A DNA stretch of 64,000 bases from contig MU057350.1 of assembly GCA_013239625.1 (NCBI GenBank), positions 27,589,611-27,653,610 on the forward strand, read 5' to 3'. Shown here one piece after another: positions 12,790 through 24,588 of this stretch (the stretch's first letter is position 1; the number at the start of each line of letters is the position of its first letter). The notes below the pieces were generated by a model. That model was not told the DNA's origin, searched no databases, and saw nothing but the letters and a program-made list of their open reading frames with translations. Source of the DNA: Lama guanicoe. Taxonomy: Eukaryota. The position numbers and the translations under genes were made by a program.

Positions 12790-13640
12790 GAGAGCACACA
12801 GGCATGACATAAACATGAAATGCTCTGGGACTGAAGTCCCAGCCACACTCTCACTCACCGTATGATACTGTTACCAGGGCTGTTGCCCTAGAATCATACC
12901 CTTGCCTCTCTCTTGAATAGAAACCAATTACTTTATCTAAGTTTCAGGAGGAAGCTGCAAGAGAAGAAACAAGAACTGGTTAGAACCAACTAGGTCCAAG
13001 ATGGAGGAGGATTTGACTTTCAGTAGACCTTGAGCCTCATTATATGCTCAATGTAATGCATTAACATGCTAAATGACACACCCACCAGCTCCTGGACAGT
13101 TGATGACTGCCATGACAGTAACCAGAGAAGCTACACAAGGACTGAAAAGGAGAGTTGCATCAGTTGTGGGTCCAAACCACACCCCTGTTCTCAGATAACT
13201 TGTGAATACTCCTCTCAATCTTTCCAATTCCATCCCTTTTACCTCGACTCCCTATATATTTGGTGTCTCCACCCAAATTGGGTTGAAAAGTTGATTTGCT
13301 AACTAGGTTCCCGCTTTTCCACTCTTTGGCCATTGAATAAAGCCTATGCCGTTCCAGTCTCAGTATCACTTTCATTATTGGCTGTGCAAATCCAATGGGA
13401 AAGAGAACCTCCCTGGCCAGGATGGGGACCTCAGCCCCAGCTAGGACCTGGCCAACTCAGTAACAATACTGGCCAATTCAATCAACTTCTCTCTACAAGC
13501 TTCACATTGTACAACTCTAAACTGAGGATGGAAATGCCTACATTAATGGGATATTATAATTATTTGACATACTTTGCAGAAAGCCTCTACCAGAGTACCT
13601 AGAAAAACAAAGGCACTGAGTAGACCTTAGTTGCTACTTA
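12790..13640 (+). mobile_element. MIR split by the MER41-like LTR
   Basis: …CTGGGACTGAAGTCCCAGCCACACTCTCACTCACCGTATGATAC[LTR]TGGCCAATTCAATCAACTTCTCT…AAAGGCACTGAGTAGACCTTAGTTGCT. Confidence 0.6.
12869..13465 (+). mobile_element. Complete MER41-like ERV1 solo LTR (597 bp)
   Basis: TGTTAC…GTAACA inverted termini; perfect 4-bp TSD ATAC (12865-12868 and 13466-13469); TATATA 13253-13258; AATAAA 13336-13341. Confidence 0.9.
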
Positions 13641-14034
13641 TTTGTTTCTCTATCATTTCCTTTAGTGTAGAGACTGAAATTTGGGGAGTGGGGGGAGAAA
13701 AACAAATTCTTAAAACTGTCCATGAGCGGTAAGAAATCAGCAGTTTCTTTCAGGGGTGTCCTTCCGAGTCCTGGGCCACAGTTTCTCAGAGCTGGCTCAA
13801 GGCCACTGTTAAGTGAAACCATCTTACTCCGGCCATGGGGGAAGCATGTGCTATTTCCACATCCATCTCTTCCATGACACACGGATCACCCATTTGTTCA
13901 GACAAACAGGGCAGCAGCATGAAAATCAGCAATATTTGCCATGAATCTCCCTGGAAAGCCACTCAACCACAGAGTTCTATACTCAATTTTCAAATTTGAA
14001 ATTTAAAATATACGCATGAAGGGAAAATTTGACT

Positions 14035-14418
14035 TCATTTGTCAGTTCACGCTACCATAACAAAATACCAGAGATAGGGTGGCTTAAACAATTGGAAAAA
14101 AAAAATTATGTTCTCCCAGCTCTGGAGGCTTGAAGTCTGAGGTCAGGGTGCCAGCACGATCAGTTCTGGTGACGGCCCTCTTCTTGGCTTTCAGATGCCA
14201 ACTTCTCACCATACCCTTACATGGCAGTGTGAGGGGTAGTGCAAACTCTGGTGTATTTTCATATTAGGATACTAACTCCATCATGAAGGCCCACCCTCAC
14301 AACCTCATCTAAATCTAATTATCTCCCAAAGCCCATCTCCAAATACCAGCATACTAAGAGTTTAGGGCTTCAACATATGAGTTTTGGGGGGAGGGGGAAC
14401 ATAGTTCAGTCTATAACA
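14035..14418 (-). mobile_element. MaLR solo LTR, MLT1A/MLT1A0-like
   Basis: CCATAACAAAATACCA…GGGTGGCTTAAACAA…TCTGGAGGCTTGAAGTCTGAGGTCAGGGTGCCAGCA…GGGCTTCAACATATGA…TTCAGTCTATAACA. Confidence 0.85.
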
Positions 14419-15611
14419 GGGATCGAGTAGTGATTTCATTTGACCTTTGATTCAAAGAAATCCTAAAGCTTTATTTGCTGTGTATGTTATAGGCCTATCA
14501 AAAAAATTCTTACTTTAACCAATTTCTGTTTTTGTCCTTTGAGCAAACAAGATAGACCAGCTTAGAAAGCAGCAGGTTAAAGGAAACTCTGATTAACTTA
14601 AAATGAGGGATGCCTTGGCACATGTGCAATCACTCAGTGTTCAATTAGAATGCCTTTAAAGAGTTCAGAAAATATTTGCATTCAAGAAATACTTTTTTCT
14701 ACCAAACTATGGAGAAAGGTATTTTCAGTCCCACTCTACTTTTGTTTTTAAATCAAACACTTGTGAAAAATAACAATTTGTAAATGCAATGTCACTTCAA
14801 ATCTACAGTGTTAACTAACAATTTTTCTATGGCCTTGCTCCAACTAACACTCCAACTCATGAGAAAGCTAGTTTCCAGAACCTCGGGTAGTGAGGGTTTA
14901 GGGATAAGAGTAGCAAGGAGAGCAATGGGCCGGCTGCAGAGACGTCCTTTGTCTCTGAATTCCAGTAGGAATACGTCCATCACCTCTCCTCAGGCGAGTA
15001 TCACTTTAGCTCCAATATTAAAGGTATTTGTATGTGGCTGACAATTTCACATCCCAGAAGGTAGAGGAAATGACTACTGTAGAGAGCTTATATTTGTCCA
15101 AGGAGGAGGAATTGGCTCGTGAAGTGGATGTGACAGGAACCTGGGAGGAAAATGACCCTCTTATATTTATGCTGTTCTCATTTCTATGACAATCAATTTT
15201 GAACAGTCTATCTCAACAACCCCCAAAGCACATGGGTATTTGTCAGGCCATATTTCCTGACTTGAGTTTCAGAAAACGTGAAAACTTGATCTCAAACTGT
15301 GTTCATTTCCCTTCTCAGGGTACTAGGCAGACTTCTTACACTAAAGAATCTAACACAATTACTTTCACAGAGTAGACACTCAGTGAATTTGTTTTGTTAA
15401 ATAGATAATGAAAATTCACAGCTAGGAAGGGACGTGTGAATATAAAAATATCAACTCTTCCTCTTTTCTCCACTCAGGCAAGTGCAGCATGAGGAAGGAG
15501 TGCGGAGTTTCTGCCCAACTTTATCCTCTCCCCTGGCTTTGGACCAACACCTAAGTCAAAGCAATCAACAAACATCTATTAAGTAATTATTCTGAGTAAA
15601 CAAGAGAAGAG

Positions 15612-15810
15612 AGCTAACATTTTCTGGCACCTAAGGATCAGGCCATTTATTTGGTACTTTTTGGACATTACTTCATTCAATCTTCAAAATAATTCTACAT
15701 AATTAGAATTTATGTTTTTCATGTTACAAAAGAAAAAGGCTAAGGTTGATGGAGGTTGAGCAGACCTGGGATTGGGAACTAAGACTTTCTGACTTCAAAG
15801 CACATACTCC
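15612..15810 (-). mobile_element. MIR
   Basis: TAACATTT…CATTACTTCATTCAATCTTCAAAATAATTCT…CTGGGATTGGGAACTAAGACTTTCTGACTTCAAAGC. Confidence 0.6.
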
Positions 15811-16335
15811 AGTGTTACAAAGCACTAAGCTAAGTGCCCTGAAAGGACTGAAAAGCGATATTCATTTCTGAACCTCACTGAAGCTCTACAGCCTAATTAG
15901 GGAGAATCACAGGCTCATCCAAACTTAGACTCAAGGATCTTGGGGAGCGTCTAATCTAACGTGTTTGCCACACACGAGAGGAAGGCAGAGCATGGATACA
16001 CACAGTCCCTTGCCGGAAGCCACACAGCTGAGTCAGTCCTCCTGACTCGTGCACAGCAAGGTGACATGTGTTCTTTAACGTTTCCATGGCATTTAGACAT
16101 ACATTTGCCATGTATTAAAAGCATGATGAGATACCAAGATAGTGACACATGATTCCTCTCTATTCACCTTTTAGTCGGGAAGAAAACAACGTAACAAGTA
16201 ATCATAATATAATGTTAGACTAGAGGAAGGGAAGAGGGAGCTGGGTCAGCGAGGGCATTTTTTAGGATTCTTGGCTGTTAATGTGCTTAACTCATCCTGC
16301 TCTTCTTAGGCCAAGAGGAGCTGTAGAGCTCTGAA

Positions 16336-16352
16336 TGAGTCAGGAAATTCCC
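16336..16352. promoter_or_regulatory. Abutting AP-1 and NF-kB consensus sites
   Basis: TGAGTCA immediately followed by GGAAATTCCC (GGGAATTTCC on the minus strand); motif match only. Confidence 0.3.
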
Positions 16353-16519
16353 ATGTTCAAATGCATGGTCTTGGAATGCTTTCTCCTGTTTGTTATTTCT
16401 GGCCAAGCTTTTCCAGAGCAGCAAGTCACGCAAGCTTTTTCTTATCGCTCCCCACATCCCAAAGGCAACAAGCCGTGCCCGTCTGTTGCCTTTTTTCATT
16501 CTTCCATTTTTCATAATTG

Positions 16520-16660
16520 ATGGGTTTTCTGTCTCCTCCACCAGTTTATGAGCTCTTCCAGAACAGAAGCAGTGTCTTGCTTGTGTCTGCAACCCAGCAC
16601 TTAGCACTTAGTAGACAAAATAAACTCTTGTCAAATAAGGTGTGAATAAATGGTAGATAA
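16520..16660 (+). mobile_element. L2 3' end
   Basis: CTCCACCAGTTTATGAGCTCTTCCAGAACAGAAGCAGTGTCTTG…CCCAGCACTTAGCAC…GAATAAATG. Confidence 0.55.
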
Positions 16661-19124
16661 ATGATTGTAACAAGTCACTTCAATGTCTTCCTTTAATCAT
16701 TATACTGACTCTGTTAGAAAATTGTCTTTCAACACAGTTTTTAAATTCCTTTTTAGACCCTGACCACCTTCCTGATGTATACTACTATTCTTGCCTCAAA
16801 ATCAAGGCACTGAAATCTGCTTTGGGGACCTCCTGAGAGACTTATAAAAATCAGTTCCCTACAAGAAATTGTCTTAAGCTAAAGGTCGATGCACACAAAC
16901 AGAAACTCGCAGTTACTTTAAAATCATGAAAAGACCTATGTCCTTTGGAATATGCTTCTTCAGACAAATTTCCTTTTCCAAAGTTGGAGAAGCCACAGCT
17001 ATGTTCTAATACTGATTTGTGAATACTCTCTGGAATAATTTACATCATTTCAATATTATGGCTTATGAACCTGTTAATGGACGAAGACTTCACGGTACTT
17101 GTAACGGTCGCACGCCACGACTGTTTCGTTATGCTGCAGAATGGCTTTAGAGCTTCTGATGCTTTTACTTAGTTTTTCCTGAGAAACTGCTTTGTATGGG
17201 ATCCTCAGAAATGTGCTGGTTGGCTGTGGACTACACATTTGCACCTAATGATGACAGCCATGTGGCCGGAGGTGGTAAGGTACAGAACGCCATGAGAATG
17301 ACAAAGGAAAACTCAGACACCCAGTTGAAGCTACCTTTTGCTTAGGTTGTTTTTTCAGTCACTGTATTTCTCTGTAGGGAAATTCAAGAGACTTGGAAAG
17401 CATGTATCTCCCTTTGGGAATATGCAAGTCAGCATCCTTTGCCATTTAATAAACATTTTATTCTTGAACTTGATCTGTTGACATCTTTTCATCAATTATA
17501 TTACTCCCAAGTTGTGAAGATAACACGGTTGAAATACCGAAGTCAACATAAGCATTGGGTATTTCTGAGTTTTAGTGATTTTGCAAACAGTTTTTTTCTT
17601 GGAGAAGGAGCTGGCCAGGTTGTCTAGATGATCCTGTATGAGAATACTGACAAAAGAAAAGAAAGTGGGTATCTCAGGAGGTAAGTAGATGCTTATTGAT
17701 AAAACGAAAGGAAGATGGACAGAAAGTAATGGTGGTGGTAGAGGAGCAGGAAAAATTAAGGTGTGTCACAGAAGCCCCAGCACTGAACATTTAAATTCAC
17801 TATGATGTTCTCAATAAGCAAGTTTGAATTTTTATAATCTAGTTGACAACCTGGAAGGAACAAAGGAAGGAAGGAAGGAAGGAAAATAAAGTGAAATCTA
17901 GTAGATTTTGGCAGAGATTTATTCTAACTCTAAAGTTTGATTCTCCACAAATTGTTTTCAATAATAATAGAGGAGCAAATACATGGTAATAAGAACATGA
18001 CAATACATAACAAAATGTTGTCTAAATTGTTTCCTCTCATTTTTATTACTGTCTTCAGGATAGAGGTTCAAAGATTTATTCATGTGACAGAAAACATGCT
18101 AAAATTTTTACTAACTTTTTAAATACATTCTTTTCCACCTTCTTGATTTCCTTTTGACTAGATTCATGAGGACAAACATGCTACCAGGTTGACTAGTCTG
18201 CTGGATTATTACTGAGTCACTATTCATTTCAAAAGCTGAAATTAAAATTATGATTTTCTTCATGGACCCAGCAGCTTGCCATACAAGGCAGGTAACCACA
18301 TTTTCATTACTCCAAGATTTATGAACATGGGCAATATTAATTATAAATACTAAACCAACTGCTTTACTTCCTTCATCCAAATGTAGTAATAGGCCACTTA
18401 ATAAATAAAGGGTTAATATAGAATCAAAATTTTTAGAACACAAAACTGGCAAAACTAGAAGTTTCTTGTTCCCACAGTGTTTGCTTCATTGGCTATTACT
18501 CCTAATTTTATATCAAGTCTCATGAAGCCTGCTATTTTTTGCAAAGTACCAAAAAATGCTATAGCAGTTTTTCTCTTAATTTTGCCAGACTGCAACAAGA
18601 AAACAAGGGAAACGCATTAGTTCAGCAAAAAGAAACATTATTCTCTGTCCTTAGCGTCTTTGGGAATGGTGGGAGTATGTGCCTCTCAGAGTAGGAAAAA
18701 ATATTTGATAAGATAATCTATTTTCATTCTTATTGGAAAACCAATCTTTCAGGCTGGAACAGGTTTTATGTATTAGCTTGCTTGGTTGTTTTTGTTCATT
18801 TTTTAACAAACCAGCATAGTGTCTTCTTATATTTATATTCTTATTTGGATAGTCTTTTTAAAATGGGGACTTTTTTGTCCATAAAGTTGGTACAAAGAAT
18901 ATCCCAGTTGAATGGAAGGAGATGGAAACTGGAAGTCAAATAACTTGAATTGAATTTATTTTCTTTTATTGATCATCAAGATGATTGCTATTCACATCAC
19001 AAAAAAGTTTTATCTACCTAGCACTTCTAAGCTAATATCTAAGCAAAGCATCAATCTAAGAAGGTCAGAGGCTATTAGTGGTAGAAGAAATCCTAGAGAT
19101 CAGCGAATACAGCCCCCACCGCTA

Positions 19125-19250
19125 ATGTTTCTCTGTGCACGAAGCATGAACCACTTGGATCAGAATCCACTGAGATGCATACTAAAAATGTGGACCCCCT
19201 ACCAGACTTACTGAATTACAGTCTACACCATTAGCATGCTCTCTAACATT
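19125..19250. mobile_element. MER5-like hAT-Charlie fragment
   Basis: GGATCAGAATCCACTGAGATGCATACTAAAAATGTGGACCCCCTACCAGACTTACTGAATT. Confidence 0.4.
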
Positions 19251-19719
19251 TGAAAACAAATCTAATTACCTTTCACATGTCAGCTCTTCAAATATTAAAG
19301 ACTGATATTGTCCTGCTGCTGAAATTTTTCTTTCTAAGTACCCTGTACCCAAGGATAGTTAAATATCTGTTAGACAATGTGCGATGACCACTATTTCTCA
19401 AATCAGATTTAAAATGGGAGAAAGAGATTAGTATCAGCAGAGTCATTAGTCAGAATTTATCAAGCCTTGTTTCTAAGGAGACTAAAACTAACAGGCATTC
19501 AGATCACTTAGCCCAGTGTCTGGCGCACAAGTCCAAGCAGTGGAAGGCGTGGCGTAAGGAAGGGCAGCGGTGCTGGCGACAGCGGTCGTGGCCGGGGAGG
19601 TGACGGTGGTCCTGCAGTGCTCTGCAGACTCGCTGCTGTCTGCCTGCTTTCCTTCCTATCTCCTCCCCTCCCTCCCTTCCTTTCTTCTCCCTTTACATTT
19701 TTTTTAACAAATCAAACAA

Positions 19720-21500
19720 TAGCTTTAATTTTTATTAAAAAAGCAGAACTCCTTTCCCACATTCCATCATACAAAGAGGTTCAGTTACACACGGCATCAT
19801 CTTTCAGCATTTGTTTTTAGCCCTTCTGATAATTTTCTTTCTGATATGAAGTAACATGTTAACAACTACATTTCCTGACTTAACCTATGACCACAACTAA
19901 TGACTCTGTATTATGATATTTAACTCCCTGAACCTCCACTCTCTCCCTTCCTTTCTTCCCAAAGGTTACCATTTATACTGCCTTTTCAGTCCATCAAATG
20001 ATCATCTCTGCAACATCAGAGAGTTATACCTTGATTTCTTGTTCCACCAACTTTTGACAGTGTCTCTTGGTTTTCAGCAACAAGTTCTTTGTTCCTCCTC
20101 TTTCACGCCTCCTTTATTTCTATCCCACTTTCACTTGTGAATCATCCATAAATTGATCATAAAAGGTGAAAAGCAAAGAACAGCATTTAATAAGTATGAT
20201 ATGTTAAGATTGTGTTTGTTTTTCTACAGGTCCTATATTGAGTTCTTGGATCTAATGAGGAGGAATAATCTGTATTATTCAATTTGTTACCACATGCATA
20301 TGGCTTGGGTAAACATTAAATAAATTGGGGAAAATTCAGTATATAGAGAAGGGAAGAGAGGCAAGAAGTCTGCGCGTACAGCCACCAGCACCGCGGTCTC
20401 GGCCTCCACGCCGCTGCTTGGGCCTCTTCAACCAACGCAGCCGTCACCGTGAATGGATTCTCTTTTACTATGTTCCATATATTGCTGCAAATTATTACAT
20501 GTGTCATTTTACTTCCTATCTGTAATATTTTTTGGTTGGATTTTAAAATTTTGGTTACTTCCCTTTATCCTTATATTATTTGCCATAATTATATTTTCAC
20601 TTTTAAAAAGATCAGTCTCTTGATTATCTATCTATGCTGATCCTACTCTTTATTTTTTTCCCTAGAAAACCTCCCTTGGAAGCTCCCTCCTCTGCAAATG
20701 CACACTGTTTTCTCGCTGTACAGACCCCGCTAACTCTCTGCTAGTCTAGACCTGCTGGTTCCTGCATGCCTTCATCTTTGCTTATGTGTGTATAACACTT
20801 CGTTACAGTACATTTTCAAGTTAACTTCCTGCGAAAGACTAGATGTTTTTAAATCTCCCTGAAAGTTTTAGAATATGAGCCTTTATTTTCCAGCAACAAG
20901 TGTTTCTGGAAGCTGCTAGGATCTGTGTTCTCCTTGATGTTCTGAAATTTCACAGTGATGTTTCCATATGTGAGTCCTTCTTCCCACGTTCATTGTTCTG
21001 GACACCTAGTATGTCCTTTTACTATGAAAATGTGTGTCCTTCCTTTACCCTTAAGAAATTCTCTTCTTTTATCTTATAATGATTTTCTCTTTTCCATTTA
21101 GTATGACTGCTGTTTCTGTGGTTTAATTGGCCAACAGTTGCCCTCTTGTATTGCTCTGGTAGGCTCCTTCTATTTTCTCACATTCTCCCTATCTTTCTCC
21201 TTTTTGTTTTAAGTTCTAAGACATTACTTCAAATTTAGGTATCAGGCTGTGAATAGAAATTTTTGATTTTTCAATCATATTTTTAGTTCTTACTGTTTTC
21301 TGATTTTCCTTTTTAGAGAATACTATTTTTACTTTATTTTTGTGATATCTAATTGACTCTGGGTATATTAACTTTCCTTCTGTTCCCTGAATTGTATCTA
21401 TTTCCTCCGGGGTGAGTTTTTCTGTTTGTAATGGCCTTTCTCTTTCATACTTCTAGTTCTTTTCATACAACTAGTGACTCATGGTTGTCTCTACATGTTT
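19720..21500 (-). mobile_element. Highly decayed old L1 (L1ME-like) fragments
   Basis: T-rich + strand with an antisense L1 ORF1-region motif, TTCTGAAATTTCACAGTGATG…CATTGTTCTGGACAC. Confidence 0.5.
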
Positions 21501-23639
21501 AAAACAAAGGACTTGCCAGCTCACATGGGTCACCTCTGCTCTATATGTGGAGGGCTCCTTCTAACCAGGTCTTGGAGTGGGAATTTTAATGACGTTTCTG
21601 TGTGGGAAAGATACGTTCCTGGAGGGGAAGCTATACTGAATGACTGGCAAGTGTCACAGGAGGAGGAGCAGGCAGTGCCTGGCTCTCAGGCAAGTCCAAA
21701 AGCAACATTTTTTTTTTTCCTGGAAAAGGATCTAGCCAGATTCCCTAGATATAGACAAATGTTAGTGTGACAGAGTTTTATTCAGAGGTATTGAATTTCA
21801 CACTAGAATAGTTAGCTTTTCCAAATACTTGCTTCAGTTTTGTCCGAGTAAAGTCCTCTGGACTGCGTCCTTAATCTCTGCAGCCAGCCTGTACTTCCCT
21901 GGAACCACAGCTGATAAATTTTGAATACTGACAATCTGACACCAGGACCCACTCTTCTCATAACTGCTCTATGCCATCTTTCCAAAGACTCAAAGGTACA
22001 TACATGAAAAATACTTGACAAGGTTTTACTGTTTCTGATTAGAAACAAACTGAAGATTTCAGAATTCCTGGTATGTGGCAGCTCAGAACCTTAGCATATG
22101 CACAGATCCACCTTGAAAAAGAAAAGAAATATGAGTGGTCCAAATTGTGTCCAAGTATCTTCTAACTCCCCCACAGTGTTCAGAGGCTTGGGAGAGGATG
22201 GTAGGGCCACCAGGCTGAAGCAACTTTCCCGTGAATGGATCCTCAATGTCCCTTGTCAGTTTCGGCCTACTTGTCCCGGTGGTGAGCCTTCAGATCTAGC
22301 CACGGGTTGCCGGGAGCTGCACTGGACTGACTACCCCTCACTTCTGAAAGCCTCTTCTGATATGCGTTTATGCCGCGGTGACTTGCCCTGTCCTGTCTAC
22401 TTTCTGTCTTCCCCAAATCTGTAGAAAACCCTTGTTGACTAGTCATATCCATGCCTTGACAATTTTCCTAATTTCCTCTGATATTAAAAGAAGGGGCTCA
22501 AAAGAAATGAGGGACTCATTTCTCAAAAGTTTAAAGTATACAACATAATATTTTTCTTGGGATACTTGAAGATGTTCTCAGAGTTTGATCCAGTTCTAAG
22601 AAACGATGACTTTCTGCCAATATCATGTTATTCCATGAATCCTCTCCTTGGATTTTTTTTTTTCTCTTTCTAAATCTTGAAAAAAAAAATCTCTCTTTGG
22701 ACAACAAATTCTCATCTAGCCTTTGTACTCTTGTCACCTTAAACAGCTGTTGCAATTAGATTTTTAAAAGAAGAAAAGACCCTGTTTTTATATCAACAAA
22801 TCTTTTCTAATATCCATATATGGATTCCTTCACTGCTAGAAAAATCACACCTAGATTTTATTCCAGACTCAAAATGAGCTGCAAATTGAAGTTTACAAGT
22901 GATATTTCACGCGTAGCCACTCCACTACTATTTTTTACAAAGACATATATCTGCATAAAAATACTCCTAAAGTAGGTGCTGCTATAGCAACTGATGGTCC
23001 CTTCCACCCAGGGTGCCTAAGGGTGCAAACCACAAAACTGACAATTCTCTTGGTAGTTCCTTACTGTATCAAAGCTGAAAGATAATTTTTTTTTCTCAGA
23101 AGGATGTTTCTTCTCAAGGTCACAGATCTCAGAGTCAAATTTGAATCCTGCATCATGTTCTAATTTAAGCAAATATCATCTCAAATAGCCCTTGTGTTTT
23201 TAACTTTGATGCTGTTTTTAAACTTGCATAATTAATTTCTTATTTCACTTCTTATTCTTCTAAAGTTGGCTTTACAACAGCTTTTCCTATGAGCAGTTTA
23301 TCTAAGGGAATCATGGAGGAAGGCCAGAAATCAGAACACTGTTAACAGTTATGACACCAACTTTTATTTATTGAATGCCTGAGAGATGTCAGGTGGATTG
23401 CTAAGCTCTTTGCATAAATTATCTCATTATACCTTTATGGAAAACCCTATCAGTTGGATGAGAAAGGAAGAAACATCCCCGAAGTCCATTTAGCCTAACT
23501 TCCCATACCATTAGGTGAAAACCTCCATTATAATGTGACATATTTCACTCCCAGATATTTCAGCTGCAGAATCAGTATCTGCAAAGCCCAGTGGTCAGAA
23601 GAGCTTGGAGAAGATGCTCTTCTCAAAAACAAGCAGAGT

Positions 23640-23755
23640 GGGGAGGGTAATAGCTCAGAGGTAGAGTGCATACTTAGCATGCATGAGGTCCAGGGTTCAA
23701 CCCTCAGTACCTCCACCTAAATAAATAAATTGCATTCCTTTTTAAAAAAAAAAAA
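23640..23755 (+). mobile_element. tRNA-Ala(AGC)-derived camelid SINE (Vic-1-like)
   Basis: GGGGAGGGTAATAGCTCAGAGGTAGAG…CTTAGCATGCATGAGGTCCAGGGTTCAACCCTCAGTACCTCCA plus (TAAA)n and poly(A); degenerate TSD AAAAACAAGCAGA/AAAAAGAAGTAGA. Confidence 0.9.
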
Positions 23756-23825
23756 GAAGTAGATAATAAGCTGATATTCCCAACTATGGACATTTATGCA
23801 ATTAGGAACCTATCCAATTTAGATA

Positions 23826-23894
23826 TATGCATTTTATGTGCAGATGTATAGGTATGTGTATATATATTTATTGTATATGTGTATGTGTATATAA

Positions 23895-23930
<36 letters not shown>
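23826..23930. repeat. (TA/TG)n microsatellite
   Basis: Mixed TA/TG tract ending in a pure (TG)n run. Confidence 0.9.
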
Positions 23931-24433
23931 TTCTTCCTTTACCCATTCATCCATCAATGAACATCTAGGTTGTTTCTGTAACTCGGCTGTTGTGAATAAT
24001 GCCACACATGGGAATCCAAATATGTCTTCAAGGTACTGATTTAATTTCCTTTGGAAATATGCCCATAAGTAGGATTACTGGATTATATGGTAGTTATATT
24101 TTTAACTTCTTGAGGAACTTTCATACTGTTTTCCTTAGTGGTTGCACCAATTTGTATTCACATCAACAGTGCACACTTTTTTCTTTTTTTCTACATTCTC
24201 ACCAACATTTGTTATCTCTTATCTTTTTGATAATAGCCGTTCTGTGAGGTAATACCTCATTGCAATTTTGAATTGCATCTCCCTGATGATTAGTGCTGTT
24301 AAGCACCTTTTCATGTCGCTGTTGGCCATTTGTATGACTTCTTTGGGGAAATGTCTATTCAGGCCCTTGGCCTGTGTTTTAATTAGGTTATTTCTTCTTT
24401 TGCTATTGAGTTATACGTGTTCCTTGTATATTT
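23930..24433 (-). mobile_element. L1 (L1MA-like) ORF2 C-terminal fragment
   Basis: CCATTCATCCATCAATGAACATCTAGGTTG…GAGGAACTTTCATACTGTTTTCC…TGCATCTCCCTGATGATTAGTG, typical of antisense L1. Confidence 0.9.
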
Positions 24434-24588
24434 NNNNNNNNNNNNNNNNNNNNNNNNNNNNNNNNNNNNNNNNNNNNNNNNNNNNNNNNNNNNNNNNNNN
24501 NNNNNNNNNNNNNNNNNNNNNNNNNNNNNNNNNNNNNNNNNNNNNNNNNNNNNNNNNNNNNNNNNNNNNNNNNNNNNNNNNNNNNNNN
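24434..24588. other. Assembly gap (155 N)
   Basis: N run. Confidence 1.

Noticed and set aside
11778-13465. Two LTRs of one provirus, or TIRs of a DNA transposon
   Set aside because: The copies are inverted rather than direct, the right copy has its own ATAC TSD, and no internal or transposase sequence lies between them.
23640-23715. Functional tRNA-Ala gene
   Set aside because: Stem mismatches, an extended 5' end, a (TAAA)n/poly(A) tail and a TSD indicate a SINE; a second copy lies at 35370-35517.
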